Part shown: positions 1 to 9,620 of the stretch, in pieces
Layout: each line of letters starts with the position of its first letter
How positions within the stretch are numbered: position 1 is the stretch's first letter
DNA from: Candidatus Caldarchaeum sp.
GTDB taxonomy: Archaea > Thermoproteota > Nitrososphaeria_A > Caldarchaeales > Caldarchaeaceae
Length of the DNA: 64,000 nt
Assembly (NCBI GenBank): GCA_038885755.1
Contig: JAVZZH010000003.1
Coordinates: forward strand, 64,001-128,000
Direction of reading: 5' to 3'
Position numbers and translations under genes: made by a program
The notes under the pieces: model-generated
Database searches by the model: none
What the model was told of the DNA's origin: nothing
The model's input: only the letters and a program-made list of their open reading frames with translations

Positions 1-140
1 ATCAAAGCAACCTGCCTGCCCGCCAGTGGTCGTGAGCGTGGATATCCTGATTTCTTCCACCGGAGCGCGAGTTTGACGAGATACTTCATCTCAGAAGACC
101 TGAGATCCATCACCTCCAAGTAGTGGCGAACCTTGGGCAT
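1..140 (-). CDS. argF: Ornithine carbamoyltransferase, N-terminal part (runs off the window)
   Basis: Manual translation from ATG at 140 gives MPKVRHYLEVMDLRSSEMKYLVKLALRWKKSGYPRSRPLAGRQVALI, matching the RHFL..DL...PL.GK.VALIF start of OTCases; not in the ORF track. Confidence 0.75.
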   Translation of the reverse strand, partial: MPKVRHYLEVMDLRSSEMKYLVKLALRWKKSGYPRSRPLAGRQVAL

Positions 141-218
141 GGAAAATCGTTGAAGCGGGCCTGTATTATGTTTATTCCTCCGATAAGCCAATATTCAGGC
201 TGGGCTTGGGTTTAAGAG

Positions 219-1826
219 ATGGCTGAGCACGAAGCAGAGCATTTACTTTTCAAATCGCTGGCTTCTCCGGTGAGGCTCAGCATTCTCCAACTGTTGGACA
301 AGCAGCCGCTTGGCTACACCGAGTTGATGAAGAACGTCGGCTTGGGTGGGAAAGCGGCTTCTGGCAGGTTCGCCCATCACCTAAGGGTCCTAACCTCCAG
401 CGGGTTGATAAGGTCTAATGAGAAGACGAAGCTGTACGAGCTCACTCCGAAGGGATGCAGGGTTGTCAAGTCGTTGGAGACGCTGCGTTCATCAATCTCC
501 CGACATGCCGGGCTGGTGGTCAGGAAGTCCGGGCTTTTCATAGAGAGGTTTGACCGGAACAAGATTGCGCAGGTCTTGGTTGATGAGGCAGGCGTTCCCC
601 CCAAGATTGCGGACAAGCTGGCACGTCTCGCCGAGGAGAAGCTCGAGGGTTTGAGAGTAGAGTACCTCACAGCCCCGCTAATCAGGGAGTTGGTGAACGC
701 TCTGCTGATAGACCAAGGGTTGGAGCAGTACCGGCACAGGCTAACCCGGCTGGGGATGCCCGTCCACGACGTCGAGAAACTACTCGACCAAGCAGCTGAG
801 GAAAAGACGTTTCACTCCCTAGTGAGGAATGCATCCAACGCTGTTTACAGGGAGTTCGTACTCCAGACGATGCTGCCGCGTGAAGCAGTCGACGCCTACT
901 TGTCCGGAGACGTCGACTTTGAAGGCGTAGACACGTGGGCTTTCAGCATCCATTCAAAGATCTACGAAGCATGCATGGATGGGTTTTCGACAGCGTTGGC
1001 TGAGGCTGAGGGCGTCGAGAAGGAGATAGTGCTGAAGACGGTTGAGGAGAGCGACGACCAGCAGGCGGCTCTTTTCTTCAAGACGCCTGTGCTGAAACAC
1101 TTGACGATTGCAGTCTACAGCGAGCAATACGGTGGCTTTGCTAGTAGTTTGTTGGGGCTTGGATGCCCCGTTCTTGTGCCGGCTGAGACGTTCGGTTTGA
1201 AGAGATTGTCAAAGGTTGATCTCGTGTTTTCTCAGAGGCCGGCTTCGAGCGAAGGCCATTCTTTCCCTCCGTCGGGGATGGTTGAGGGGAAGGCTGCGGT
1301 GAACCTAGTCGGCCTTTACCTGAAGACGGGAGGCGATGAGAAGAGTTTCTGGAACGCTGTCGGCTCGGTCGTCGGCATCGTTGCGTCCTCGTTCAAGCGG
1401 AAGAAGGAGATGGTTTCAAGGTTTTGGAACGGTCTTCAGGGGGTATTCGTGCTTTCTTTCGTCGGAGTCGAGCAGATTGCAGCTGTCTACGGCGCGAACC
1501 AGATGGAGGTCGTGAGGAGGCTCTGGCGGAGGTGCAGGGACGTCTCTCAGGAGGGCGTGGTTGTTCTACCGTGCGGCCAAGCGTCGAGGAAATCAGCTGA
1601 GCGGTTCAGGCAACTGGATGTTCTGAGGTTCGGGGGAAGGCAGGTGGCTCAGGCAGCTCCCTCTGACAGCTATTCCTCCGGGCTTGGTCTGGTGAAAGTC
1701 GACGAGGTTTTCGAGCTGGTCAAGTATCTTCCCGGCGGGTTCAGAGTATCCTTGAAAGCTGACGAGGCAGCTGAAGTCCTAGACCTCAAACCTCTGGTGC
1801 TACTGTCTTCTCGACCTAAGCCCTAG
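219..1826 (+). CDS. ArsR-type HTH + ATP-cone + degenerate class III ribonucleotide reductase (NrdD)-like domain
   Basis: N-terminal LFKSLASPVRLSIL...HHLRVL..SGLI wHTH; ATP cone VRKSG..ERFDRNKI...LTAPLIRELVN; NrdD-like LPREAVDAYLSGD, VNLVGL..GDE..F and AERFRQLD..FG; no Zn ribbon or glycyl-radical motif. Confidence 0.8.
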   Translation: MAEHEAEHLLFKSLASPVRLSILQLLDKQPLGYTELMKNVGLGGKAASGRFAHHLRVLTSSGLIRSNEKTKLYELTPKGCRVVKSLETLRSSISRHAGLVVRKSGLFIERFDRNKIAQVLVDEAGVPPKIADKLARLAEEKLEGLRVEYLTAPLIRELVNALLIDQGLEQYRHRLTRLGMPVHDVEKLLDQAAEEKTFHSLVRNASNAVYREFVLQTMLPREAVDAYLSGDVDFEGVDTWAFSIHSKIYEACMDGFSTALAEAEGVEKEIVLKTVEESDDQQAALFFKTPVLKHLTIAVYSEQYGGFASSLLGLGCPVLVPAETFGLKRLSKVDLVFSQRPASSEGHSFPPSGMVEGKAAVNLVGLYLKTGGDEKSFWNAVGSVVGIVASSFKRKKEMVSRFWNGLQGVFVLSFVGVEQIAAVYGANQMEVVRRLWRRCRDVSQEGVVVLPCGQASRKSAERFRQLDVLRFGGRQVAQAAPSDSYSSGLGLVKVDEVFELVKYLPGGFRVSLKADEAAEVLDLKPLVLLSSRPKP

Positions 1827-2168
1827 GATGGCTTTGGCGAGGTCTCCCCCAGCCTCGACCAAAGCTTTTCGAGCCTCCTCGTCTGAGACGCCTGTCTGGG
1901 AGGCGACGAGCATAACGTCCTCTTCCGAGGGAGTGTAAGCCTGTTTCTCAACGGCCTCGGCCTCCGCGAGCTCACCGCCGACGACCTGTATCACGGTCTC
2001 ACCCCCCGTCTTCAGAGCGTAGACGGATGGGCCTTTTATCGTCATCGTCTTGTTGGGCAGCTTGACGACAACCTCCTCGGCGACGCCGAGCTCCTCCACG
2101 GCTAGCCCCATGTTCTTCAGCAGCCTCTCCTGAGCCCTCCTCACCTCCCTTGGCGAAAGCCTCTTCAA
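1800..2168 (-). CDS. nac: Nascent polypeptide-associated complex protein (aeNAC)
   Basis: NAC beta-barrel plus C-terminal UBA (EEDVMLVASQTGVSDEEARKAL..GDLAKAIL). Confidence 0.9.
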   Translation of the reverse strand: MKRLSPREVRRAQERLLKNMGLAVEELGVAEEVVVKLPNKTMTIKGPSVYALKTGGETVIQVVGGELAEAEAVEKQAYTPSEEDVMLVASQTGVSDEEARKALVEAGGDLAKAILGLRSRRQ

Positions 2169-2195
2169 CTTAATTCCCTTTCCGTCGATGAAGGT

Positions 2196-2660
2196 TTAAA
2201 CCTTATGCCGGACCTTGACCGCCGTTCCTCGTTTAAAATACTTCATCTCCTCACCCGACAAGACCGCCCTGCCGACGCCCAGCAGTTCTCCAGACTTGTT
2301 GAAGACCAGCGTCTCCTCCCCGGCCGTTATCGACTCGTCTGCTGCTATGATGTTGGCAGGGGAGACGTCGAACCCGTTCCTGAGTCTTTCCTCACCCTTG
2401 TCGTCCACCACGACGCTTTTCCTCCCGTCCTTCAACAGGCTTGCAAGCCGGATCCCTCCCTCAAGGGTTAGGGAAACCCGTCCGTCTGAAGGCCTCACCG
2501 TGGCCAATACTTTTCCCCCGACCCACAGCCTTCTTATCTTACCTGTTGAGGGGGAGACCTCGACCACGCAGTCGTCGGGCAGATAGGCTTTTCCGTCGAC
2601 GTTGAAGAGGAAGGATATGAGCTGTCTGGCGTGTCTGAGTCTTAGTTTATTGGACGACAT
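2196..2660 (-). CDS. PUA-domain RNA-binding protein (ArcTGT C-terminal-like)
   Basis: SPSTGKIRR...LATVRPSDG and PUA motif GELLGVGRAVLSGEEM....G.AVKVRH. Confidence 0.8.
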   Translation of the reverse strand: MSSNKLRLRHARQLISFLFNVDGKAYLPDDCVVEVSPSTGKIRRLWVGGKVLATVRPSDGRVSLTLEGGIRLASLLKDGRKSVVVDDKGEERLRNGFDVSPANIIAADESITAGEETLVFNKSGELLGVGRAVLSGEEMKYFKRGTAVKVRHKV

Positions 2661-3957
2661 GGAACTCCGCTGCTGCGTTCCTTATCTTTTCAGCAAGCTC
2701 CACGGGGGCTTCGACGTCAACCTCGACCGAGTCTACCCGGTACTCGATCTTCAGGACGTTGCACAGGTTGTTGATCTCGTCGATCAGCTTGGCGGTCGAC
2801 CCCTCGTTGGCCAGGGAAGCTCTCAGCCTAACATAGCCGCCCATCAGATTGGCGACTTTCTCACGGAGCGCGTCTAGGTTGATGTTCCTAGCTGCTGAGA
2901 TGGCGACGTATTCATGGTCGGGGCTGAGCTTCTCAATTTTAGAGCCGTAGTCAGTGCAGAGGTCTATTTTGTTGAAGACAAGCAGTATGGGGACATTCTT
3001 GACGCCGACCTCGTCCAGCACGTTGAGGCATGTGTCGAGCTTGAGCCTTATGTCGTCAACGCTCTCGCTCACGTCGACAACGAGCAGGAGGAGGTCTGCG
3101 TATATGAACTCGCTCAGGGTTGAGTGGAAGGACTCGACTAAGAGGTGTGGAAGGTTGCGTATGAACCCGACCGTGTCGGATAGGTAGGCTTTCCTTCCGT
3201 TGAAGCTGACGATTCTGGAGGTTGTCGAGAGCGTGGTGAAGAGCTGAGGCCCTGCGGGAGAGTTCTCGCCTGCGAGCAGGTTGAACAAGGTTGTTTTGCC
3301 GGCGTTGGTGTAGCCGGTCAAAGCCACGGACGGTATGCCTGTCTCGCTCCTTCTCTTCCTCGTAATCGTCTTCCTCATCCTTAAAGCCTTGAGCTTCTCC
3401 TTGATCACCGAGATACGGCGGAAAACCTCGTTGTAGTAAACATCAGCCTCGTAGGCGCCCAAGCCGTGAAACCCGGGCTGCTCACCTCGCTTAGCCAGCC
3501 TCACCTTCTCCTTAGCCCTCGAGAGCTCGTACCGCAGCTCGGCCAGCTTTATCTGGAGCTTCGCCTCGCTTGAAGCCGCTCTTCGGGCGAATGTCTCGAG
3601 AATCAGCTGGGTTCTGGAGACGACCGGAACGGAGAGAGCCTTAGCAAGGTTGTATTCCTGAACGGGCTTAAGGTCGTTCTCGAAGACCACCTTCTCAACC
3701 TCGAGGCGTTCGACGGCTTTCCTCAGCTCCTCAACCTTACCGGGCCCGATCTGGTACTTGGGGTGAGGAGGTCTTCTTTGGACAAGGCTGTAGACAGGCT
3801 CGTATCCAACCGACCTGCACAGCTCTTTAAGCTCGTCGATGTTGTATTCGCCCCACTCATCTAAACGCTGGACAACCGCCACTCTCAACCTTTTGCCTTC
3901 AACAAACCAGCTGACAGCCATCATATTTACGTATCTCTCAGGGCAACGCTCAAACAT
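2647..3957 (-). CDS. hflX: GTPase HflX (true start may be near 3924)
   Basis: ILETFARRA.S.EAKLQ; G1 GYTNAGKTT, G2 LFTTL, G3 DTVGFI, G4 NKID. Confidence 0.95.
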   Translation of the reverse strand: MFERCPERYVNMMAVSWFVEGKRLRVAVVQRLDEWGEYNIDELKELCRSVGYEPVYSLVQRRPPHPKYQIGPGKVEELRKAVERLEVEKVVFENDLKPVQEYNLAKALSVPVVSRTQLILETFARRAASSEAKLQIKLAELRYELSRAKEKVRLAKRGEQPGFHGLGAYEADVYYNEVFRRISVIKEKLKALRMRKTITRKRRSETGIPSVALTGYTNAGKTTLFNLLAGENSPAGPQLFTTLSTTSRIVSFNGRKAYLSDTVGFIRNLPHLLVESFHSTLSEFIYADLLLLVVDVSESVDDIRLKLDTCLNVLDEVGVKNVPILLVFNKIDLCTDYGSKIEKLSPDHEYVAISAARNINLDALREKVANLMGGYVRLRASLANEGSTAKLIDEINNLCNVLKIEYRVDSVEVDVEAPVELAEKIRNAAAEFHVVQ

Positions 3958-4197
3958 TCCATAGTCGCTGGGGGAAGCGGCGTCGTTCCCGACTGACTGC
4001 GTGGTCGTCGTATCGTGCAGCGAGAAGACCCTTATTCCGAAGCCCGAACCAACCAGTTAGAGCATCCAGTCTTTTCTCAGACCGAGCAGCCTCACAAATT
4101 GCACGTAGCCGTAAACCCATTTACCGAACACGTAGCTGAACGGGTTCATCCTATGGATGACTGTTTAGGGCAAAATAAAGAAAAACTACGAGCGTTT

Positions 4198-4680
4198 CTA
4201 GAGCTTGGCTAGGAAGTCCTCCCAAGTCTGCTCGTCTTCGACCTCATCCTCCAAGAGTTCTTCGAAGACCTCGTGGGTGACCACGTCTGTTAGCCTGTAT
4301 TTCTCCACCATGCTGCTGTAGAATTTGATAGCGCATTCTTCTGCGTGTATGATGTCTTTGATGAGTTTGGCGTAGTCGGTCGGGTCTTCGGGCGGCGGGA
4401 TGTAGCCGCATCCACTGGTTGTCAGGAGTTTGGAGAAGTCTAGGATGGGCTTGCCTCCAAGCTGGATGATTCTTTTGGCGAGCTTCTCGGCGTGCTTGAG
4501 CTCGTGCTGAGACATCTCCAGCAGCACCTGTCTGAAAGTGTCTGCGTCAACCCCCTTCAGCCATACGGCGGCAACCCAGTACTGGTAGTGGGCTAGCCAC
4601 TCATCGGCGTAGGCTTTCAGCAGGTCTGAGATTACCTCGTTGACGTTTGTCCGCACTATTTCACGTCCTGTTTTTCCCAT
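4198..4680 (-). CDS. DPS-like (DPSL/thioferritin) ferritin-family protein
   Basis: ADEWLAHYQYW, ELKHAEKLAKRIIQLGG, Cys pair (GCGY...AEECAI) typical of DPSL. Confidence 0.85.
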   Translation of the reverse strand: MGKTGREIVRTNVNEVISDLLKAYADEWLAHYQYWVAAVWLKGVDADTFRQVLLEMSQHELKHAEKLAKRIIQLGGKPILDFSKLLTTSGCGYIPPPEDPTDYAKLIKDIIHAEECAIKFYSSMVEKYRLTDVVTHEVFEELLEDEVEDEQTWEDFLAKL

Positions 4681-6124
4681 GCCAAGTCCGTGCAGCCGAC
4701 CCTATTATATCTTCTGCTCGTGGAATTACCTTGCCCGGGTTCATGATGTTGTTAGGGTCCAGCGCCTTCTTTATCTCCGCCAGAGTCCTAACACCCTCGA
4801 CTCCAAGCTCTCCAGCCATGTATTCAGCCAGCTTGACCCCTACTCCGTGGCAGTACTCCATCGACCCGCCCAGCCTGTGCGACAGAATCACCATCTCGTC
4901 GAACGCCGACGACAGCTGCTTCAACCCCTTCTCAGGGTCATCTCCCCGCTCCATGACAAAGGCTATGGAGAAGTTTCCAGGCCTGTTCCAGACCCCTCTG
5001 TCCAGAACCATAAGCCCGTACCTCTTCATTACCGCCGCCGTTTCCCGCTTGTACTGTAAAACCTTCGATGCGGGCAGGCTTACGTGGATGAAGTCGAAAA
5101 ACACGTCCCCCCAGACAGGGTGGTGGCTTGTGTTGCCCACGTGTTCGACGTAGAAGTCTGCTACGTCGTGTCGGTGGCTCCAAAACTCCTCGGCCCTCGA
5201 GTCCTCCAGCCTGACACCGGAGTGTTTCTGGATGACTTCTTCAGCCAGCGCTGCCTTGGCGTCGACGAGCTTATGAGGGCCCTCGAACATGAGGAAAAGC
5301 TCGCTTTCAGGTTCTGATGTTGGTTCTGAAGGATGGTTGAAAACCTCGCCGTACTCGACCATGGAGGGGTTGATGCCTGAAGAGCATACTTCCACGACCG
5401 CTTTAAAACCCTTGTCGAAGGATTCGAACCGGTAGGCCTGTAGACGCCTCTCCTCCGGTGTTGGATGAAGCTTGAGGACGGCTTTGGTGATTATGCCTAG
5501 CGTCCCCTCGCTGCCGACGAAAAGCTGTGTTAGGCTGGGGCCTGTTGACTGGTCTTCGACGGCCCGTGTCCTCAACAACCTTCCGGTGGGGAGCACCACC
5601 TCCAGCCCGAGTACTTGTCTTCGCATCGAGCCGTAGGCCGCTGCGGTGTAGCCCATGCCGTTGGTGGCTATGCATCCTCCAACCGTTGCGTATTTCTTCG
5701 TCCAAGGGTCGTGGCCGACCGTAAGCCCAGCCGATTGAACCGTTCTGTCAAGCTCGTCCAGCGTTATCCCCGCCTCACACTCCACGAGCAAGTCCTCCCT
5801 GCTCACGTGGAGGACTTTCTTCATCTCACGCATGTCTACGACCACGCAGTCGGTTATCGGCATCGCTCCACCCATCAACCCGGTCAAACCACCGGCGGGA
5901 ACCAGCGGCACACCCAGCTTGTTGGCGGCTTCAACAACCTCGACAACTTCCTCCGTGCTTCTCGGCAAAACCACCGCGATCCTGTCGACCACGTATCCTC
6001 CCCTGAACCCACGGAACTCGCGAAGCCCGTCCACCCCATACCGTCTTAAAACATCATCACCAGCCAAAACTCTAGCCGAGACCACGCCAACCAGCCTGTC
6101 GACGGCAGACATCTCCGCATCCAT
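4661..6124 (-). CDS. FAD-binding oxidoreductase (GlcD / D-lactate dehydrogenase family)
   Basis: GGLTGLMGGA, ATVGGCIATNGMG, LFVGSEGTLGIIT, HGVG, KKALDPNNIMNPGK. Confidence 0.9.
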   Translation of the reverse strand: MDAEMSAVDRLVGVVSARVLAGDDVLRRYGVDGLREFRGFRGGYVVDRIAVVLPRSTEEVVEVVEAANKLGVPLVPAGGLTGLMGGAMPITDCVVVDMREMKKVLHVSREDLLVECEAGITLDELDRTVQSAGLTVGHDPWTKKYATVGGCIATNGMGYTAAAYGSMRRQVLGLEVVLPTGRLLRTRAVEDQSTGPSLTQLFVGSEGTLGIITKAVLKLHPTPEERRLQAYRFESFDKGFKAVVEVCSSGINPSMVEYGEVFNHPSEPTSEPESELFLMFEGPHKLVDAKAALAEEVIQKHSGVRLEDSRAEEFWSHRHDVADFYVEHVGNTSHHPVWGDVFFDFIHVSLPASKVLQYKRETAAVMKRYGLMVLDRGVWNRPGNFSIAFVMERGDDPEKGLKQLSSAFDEMVILSHRLGGSMEYCHGVGVKLAEYMAGELGVEGVRTLAEIKKALDPNNIMNPGKVIPRAEDIIGSAARTWHGKNRT

Positions 6125-6204
6125 TCGGCCGGGCTGTAGAATATCTACGTTTAGGCATCTGCATGGTGATAGTTTAATAAAGGGGACGTGTCTGCGGTAT
6201 TCCG

Positions 6205-8034
6205 TTGAGGGTTCTGGAGCTGCACGTCGACTACGTCGAGTACAGGCCCGTTAGGCGTGAGGCTTCCGTGGCTGAGCATTCCTCCGGCGAACCTCAGCGT
6301 GTTGAGGAGGCTCTGCTGATGCTGGCTTCTGTGGAGCCCGACGACGATGAGAAAGTGGCTGAAGCAGCTGTAGCCGACGCTCTAGAGTTCATGCGGAGGC
6401 TCAAAGTCGGCAGGCTCGTCATCTACCCGTTCGCCCACCTCAGCAAGGAGCTGGCCAAGCCTGAGCACGCTCTCGAGGTCTTGAAAACCATGGAGAACAT
6501 AGCGGTCAGGGAAGGCGTCGAGGTCCACCGGTCGCCGTTCGGCTGGAACAAGGCCCTAGCCCTCAGCGTCAAAGGCCACCCGCTCGCAGAGAGGTCCAGA
6601 GTCTTCACACGGGCCCTAGTCCAGCAGACCAAGCAGCCGGCCGCCGAGAAAACCTACATGATCCTCACCCCCGACGGAGGCCTGTTCAAGCCGGAAGAGG
6701 TTTACGGGCTTGGCGTCGACGACGGCTTCAAGCGTCTGGTCGAGAAGGAGGCTTTGGGGAAGGCGGCTGAAGAGGTTGAGGAACCGCCGCATCACAAGGT
6801 CTTGAGGAGGCTTGGAATAGACTGGGAGGAGTTGTCCGACAGCGGCCACATGCGGTACGGCCCGGAGGGAGCTCTGGTTTACGACCTCATCTCCGACTAC
6901 GCTTCCCAGATCGTCAAGGAGCTCGGCTTCCCCGTCTACTTCGTCAAGGGAACCAACATGTTCAGCCTCGAGAGCAAGCCGATCAAGGAGCATGCAAGCT
7001 TGTTCGGGCAGCGGATGTACAGGGTGGAGGTTGACGGCAGCCCCTACGTCATGAGGTACGCGGCCTGCTTCCAGCAGTTCGCCCTCGCTAGGAAGTGGGT
7101 GATAAGCTACCGGAGCCTACCGTTCGGCATGTTCGAGGTAGCTGACAGCTACAGGCTTGAACAGAGGGGCGAGCTACTGCTGGGTTTCAGGCTGAGGAAG
7201 ATGTCGATGCCCGACCTCCACGTCTTCTGCAGAGACATCAACCAAGCTCTTGCTATGGTCGAGAGGATACACGATAGGATTTACAGCGAGATGGAGAAGA
7301 TGGGAAGAGATTACTTCTCGCTCTACAACCTCACCTCCCGCAGCTTCTTCGAGTCCAACCTCGAGTTCTTCCAGAGACTCGTCAGGAGGGAGCGTAAACC
7401 AGCCCTCCTGTCGTTCTACCCAGAGGACAGCAGCTACTACTGGGTTCTCAACATAGAGTACCATATAATCGACGGCCTCGGCAGGCCTAGGGAGATAGGC
7501 ACGGTCCAGGTGGACGTGGGGAACGCCGAACGCTTCGGCATAACGTTCGTGGACGCCGACGGAGTCAAGAAACACCCCGTCATACTTCATTCTGCTGTCA
7601 TCGGAACTGTCGAGAGATACCTTTACTCGGTCGTCGACACGGCGCTAAACAAGACACCTCCCTCCCTGCCCACATGGCTCAGCCCAACCCAGCTAAGAAT
7701 ACTGCCGCTGAACGAGAAATACGTGGATAAGGCTTTGAAGCTGGCCGCGAGGATATCGCGCGAAGGAATCAGGGTTGACGTTGACGAAAGACCCGAAAGC
7801 CTTGGTAAGAGAGTCTACGAGGCTGAGACTAATTGGATACCGTACATCGCCACGCTTGGTTCAAAGGAAGCCCGGTCGGGAAAACTGTCGGTGAGAATAA
7901 GAGGAGAGAGGAGGATAAAACAGATGACTGTCCTGAGCCTTGTGAAGCGAATCAGGAAAGAGAACGAAGGATATCCTTTCAGGCCTTTGCCCCTCCCCGC
8001 AGAGGTGTCGAAAAGACCGGTCTTCTCCGCATAG
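6205..8034 (+). CDS. thrS: Threonine--tRNA ligase (archaeal type with N-terminal editing domain)
   Basis: IYPFAHLS and RSPFGWNK editing domain; RYAACFQQF; motif 2 YRLEQRGEL..RLR..MPDLH; HSAVIGTVERY. Confidence 0.97.
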   Translation: MRVLELHVDYVEYRPVRREASVAEHSSGEPQRVEEALLMLASVEPDDDEKVAEAAVADALEFMRRLKVGRLVIYPFAHLSKELAKPEHALEVLKTMENIAVREGVEVHRSPFGWNKALALSVKGHPLAERSRVFTRALVQQTKQPAAEKTYMILTPDGGLFKPEEVYGLGVDDGFKRLVEKEALGKAAEEVEEPPHHKVLRRLGIDWEELSDSGHMRYGPEGALVYDLISDYASQIVKELGFPVYFVKGTNMFSLESKPIKEHASLFGQRMYRVEVDGSPYVMRYAACFQQFALARKWVISYRSLPFGMFEVADSYRLEQRGELLLGFRLRKMSMPDLHVFCRDINQALAMVERIHDRIYSEMEKMGRDYFSLYNLTSRSFFESNLEFFQRLVRRERKPALLSFYPEDSSYYWVLNIEYHIIDGLGRPREIGTVQVDVGNAERFGITFVDADGVKKHPVILHSAVIGTVERYLYSVVDTALNKTPPSLPTWLSPTQLRILPLNEKYVDKALKLAARISREGIRVDVDERPESLGKRVYEAETNWIPYIATLGSKEARSGKLSVRIRGERRIKQMTVLSLVKRIRKENEGYPFRPLPLPAEVSKRPVFSA

Positions 8035-8387
8035 ATGATTCAAATGTTTCGCTTACACGGATTATCCAAGAAAAACGTCGGGACGATGTCAGGTAAAACT
8101 GGTGTAAAAACACTGGGCTGTTTTCTGCAGATGTTCGGTGAACTGGAAAGACAGGCCTCTCAATGTAATTAGCTTCCTGCATTAAAAGCGGCGTGAACGT
8201 CTTCGAAACACCTACGGCTAAACATCCTTCCGGTGGTGTTATAATGCTCTGGTTGGAAGGAGCCTACCCGCTTGAGAGCTGTTTCCGGCAAAGCCCCCGG
8301 GGGCTGGCGTGGGTCGGGCGAGGCCCGCCGGGCAGAATCTGGTTGAAGAAAGCTTCCTTTTATATACGGCCAAGCAGCAGTGAAGCC

Positions 8388-9620
8388 ATGGCTGCTGCTC
8401 TTCCCATCGACCCCTACAAGGTCAGGGAAGATTTTCCGATATTCAAGCAAGGCAGGCCGCTTGTGTATCTGGACAGCACTGCGACGAGCCAAAAGCCTCG
8501 GCAGGTATTGGAGGCTATCGAGCGGTTTTACAGGACTCAAAACGCTAACGTCCACAGGGGGGTTTATGGGTTGAGTGCGGAGGCTACTGAGGAATATGAG
8601 AGGGCGCGTAGGAAAGTGGCCGAGTTCATTAATGCACGTAGCTCCCGTGAGATAGTGTTTGTGCGGAACACCACTGAAGCCCTCAACTTGGTGGCTTACA
8701 GCTTGGGGCTGAACAGCATAAAATCCGGCGGCAAAGTCGTGCTGACGATGATGGAGCACCACAGCAACATCGTCCCGTGGCAGCTCGTGGCCAGGCACAA
8801 AAGCCTCAAGCTCGACTACATCCCGCTGACCAGAGACGGATACCTAGACCTCAGCAACCTAGACAACCAGCTCAAGGGCTCAAGCGTCTTCAGCTTCGTC
8901 CACGCATCCAACGTCCTCGGCACGATCAACGACGCAAAATACTTGACGAAAGCCGCGCACGAGCACGGGGCCCTGGCCGTCGTCGACGCAGCTCAGTCAG
9001 TTCCCCACATGCCTGTTGACGTTCAGGACATTGGCTGCGATTTCATGGCTTTCAGCGGTCATAAGATGCTGGGGCCGACGGGTGTGGGGGTGTTGTACGG
9101 CAGGCGTGAGCTGCTGGAGGAGCTGGAGCCTTTCATGGGCGGTGGTGAGATGATTAAGGAGGTTTACTTGGACAGGAGTGTGTGGAACGAGGTGCCTTGG
9201 AAGTTTGAGGCGGGCACGCCGAACGTCGCTGGAGCTGTTGGGCTTGGAGCTGCAGTCGACTACCTCAAATCCATAGGGTTGGAGAAGGTGAGGGAGTACG
9301 AGCATATCCTCACCGCCAAAGCCTTGGAGACGCTGTCGGAGCTAAAGCATGTGAAGATCTACGGGCCCGAGAACCCGCGACACCGATGCGGGCTGGTTGC
9401 CTTCAACCTCGGAGACATCCACCCCCACGACCTAGCCTCCTACTTAGACGGCTTCGGAATATGCGTTAGGGCCGGTCATCACTGCGCCATGCCCACACAC
9501 ACCTATCTGGGTTTAACAGCCACTACGAGAGCAAGCTTCTACCTCTACAACCTGCCCGACGAGGTTGATGTTCTGGCTGAAGCCCTCAAAAAAGCCTCGA
9601 GCTTCTTCAAGCTAACCTAA
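8388..9620 (+). CDS. sufS: Cysteine desulfurase SufS (group II)
   Basis: YLDSTATSQKP, ANVHRG, PLP motif FSGHKMLGPTG, catalytic RAGHHCA; start moved to ATG 8388 downstream of a TTTATATA box. Confidence 0.95.
   Translation: MAAALPIDPYKVREDFPIFKQGRPLVYLDSTATSQKPRQVLEAIERFYRTQNANVHRGVYGLSAEATEEYERARRKVAEFINARSSREIVFVRNTTEALNLVAYSLGLNSIKSGGKVVLTMMEHHSNIVPWQLVARHKSLKLDYIPLTRDGYLDLSNLDNQLKGSSVFSFVHASNVLGTINDAKYLTKAAHEHGALAVVDAAQSVPHMPVDVQDIGCDFMAFSGHKMLGPTGVGVLYGRRELLEELEPFMGGGEMIKEVYLDRSVWNEVPWKFEAGTPNVAGAVGLGAAVDYLKSIGLEKVREYEHILTAKALETLSELKHVKIYGPENPRHRCGLVAFNLGDIHPHDLASYLDGFGICVRAGHHCAMPTHTYLGLTATTRASFYLYNLPDEVDVLAEALKKASSFFKLT

Noticed and set aside
219-1826. Functional anaerobic ribonucleotide reductase
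   Set aside because: No glycyl-radical loop, no Zn ribbon and no activase gene nearby
3958-4197. Small ORFs (e.g. MNPFSYVFGKWVYGYVQFVRLLGLRKDWML) and a short hairpin between dpsL and hflX
   Set aside because: No recognisable family or RNA motif; cannot be distinguished from chance
8193-8387. N-terminal extensions in ORF-track calls (sufS; likewise 10153, 22499, 50734, 56928, 59634) and the many antisense ORFs
   Set aside because: Family homology begins at downstream starts; the antisense ORFs are shadows of codon bias in real genes
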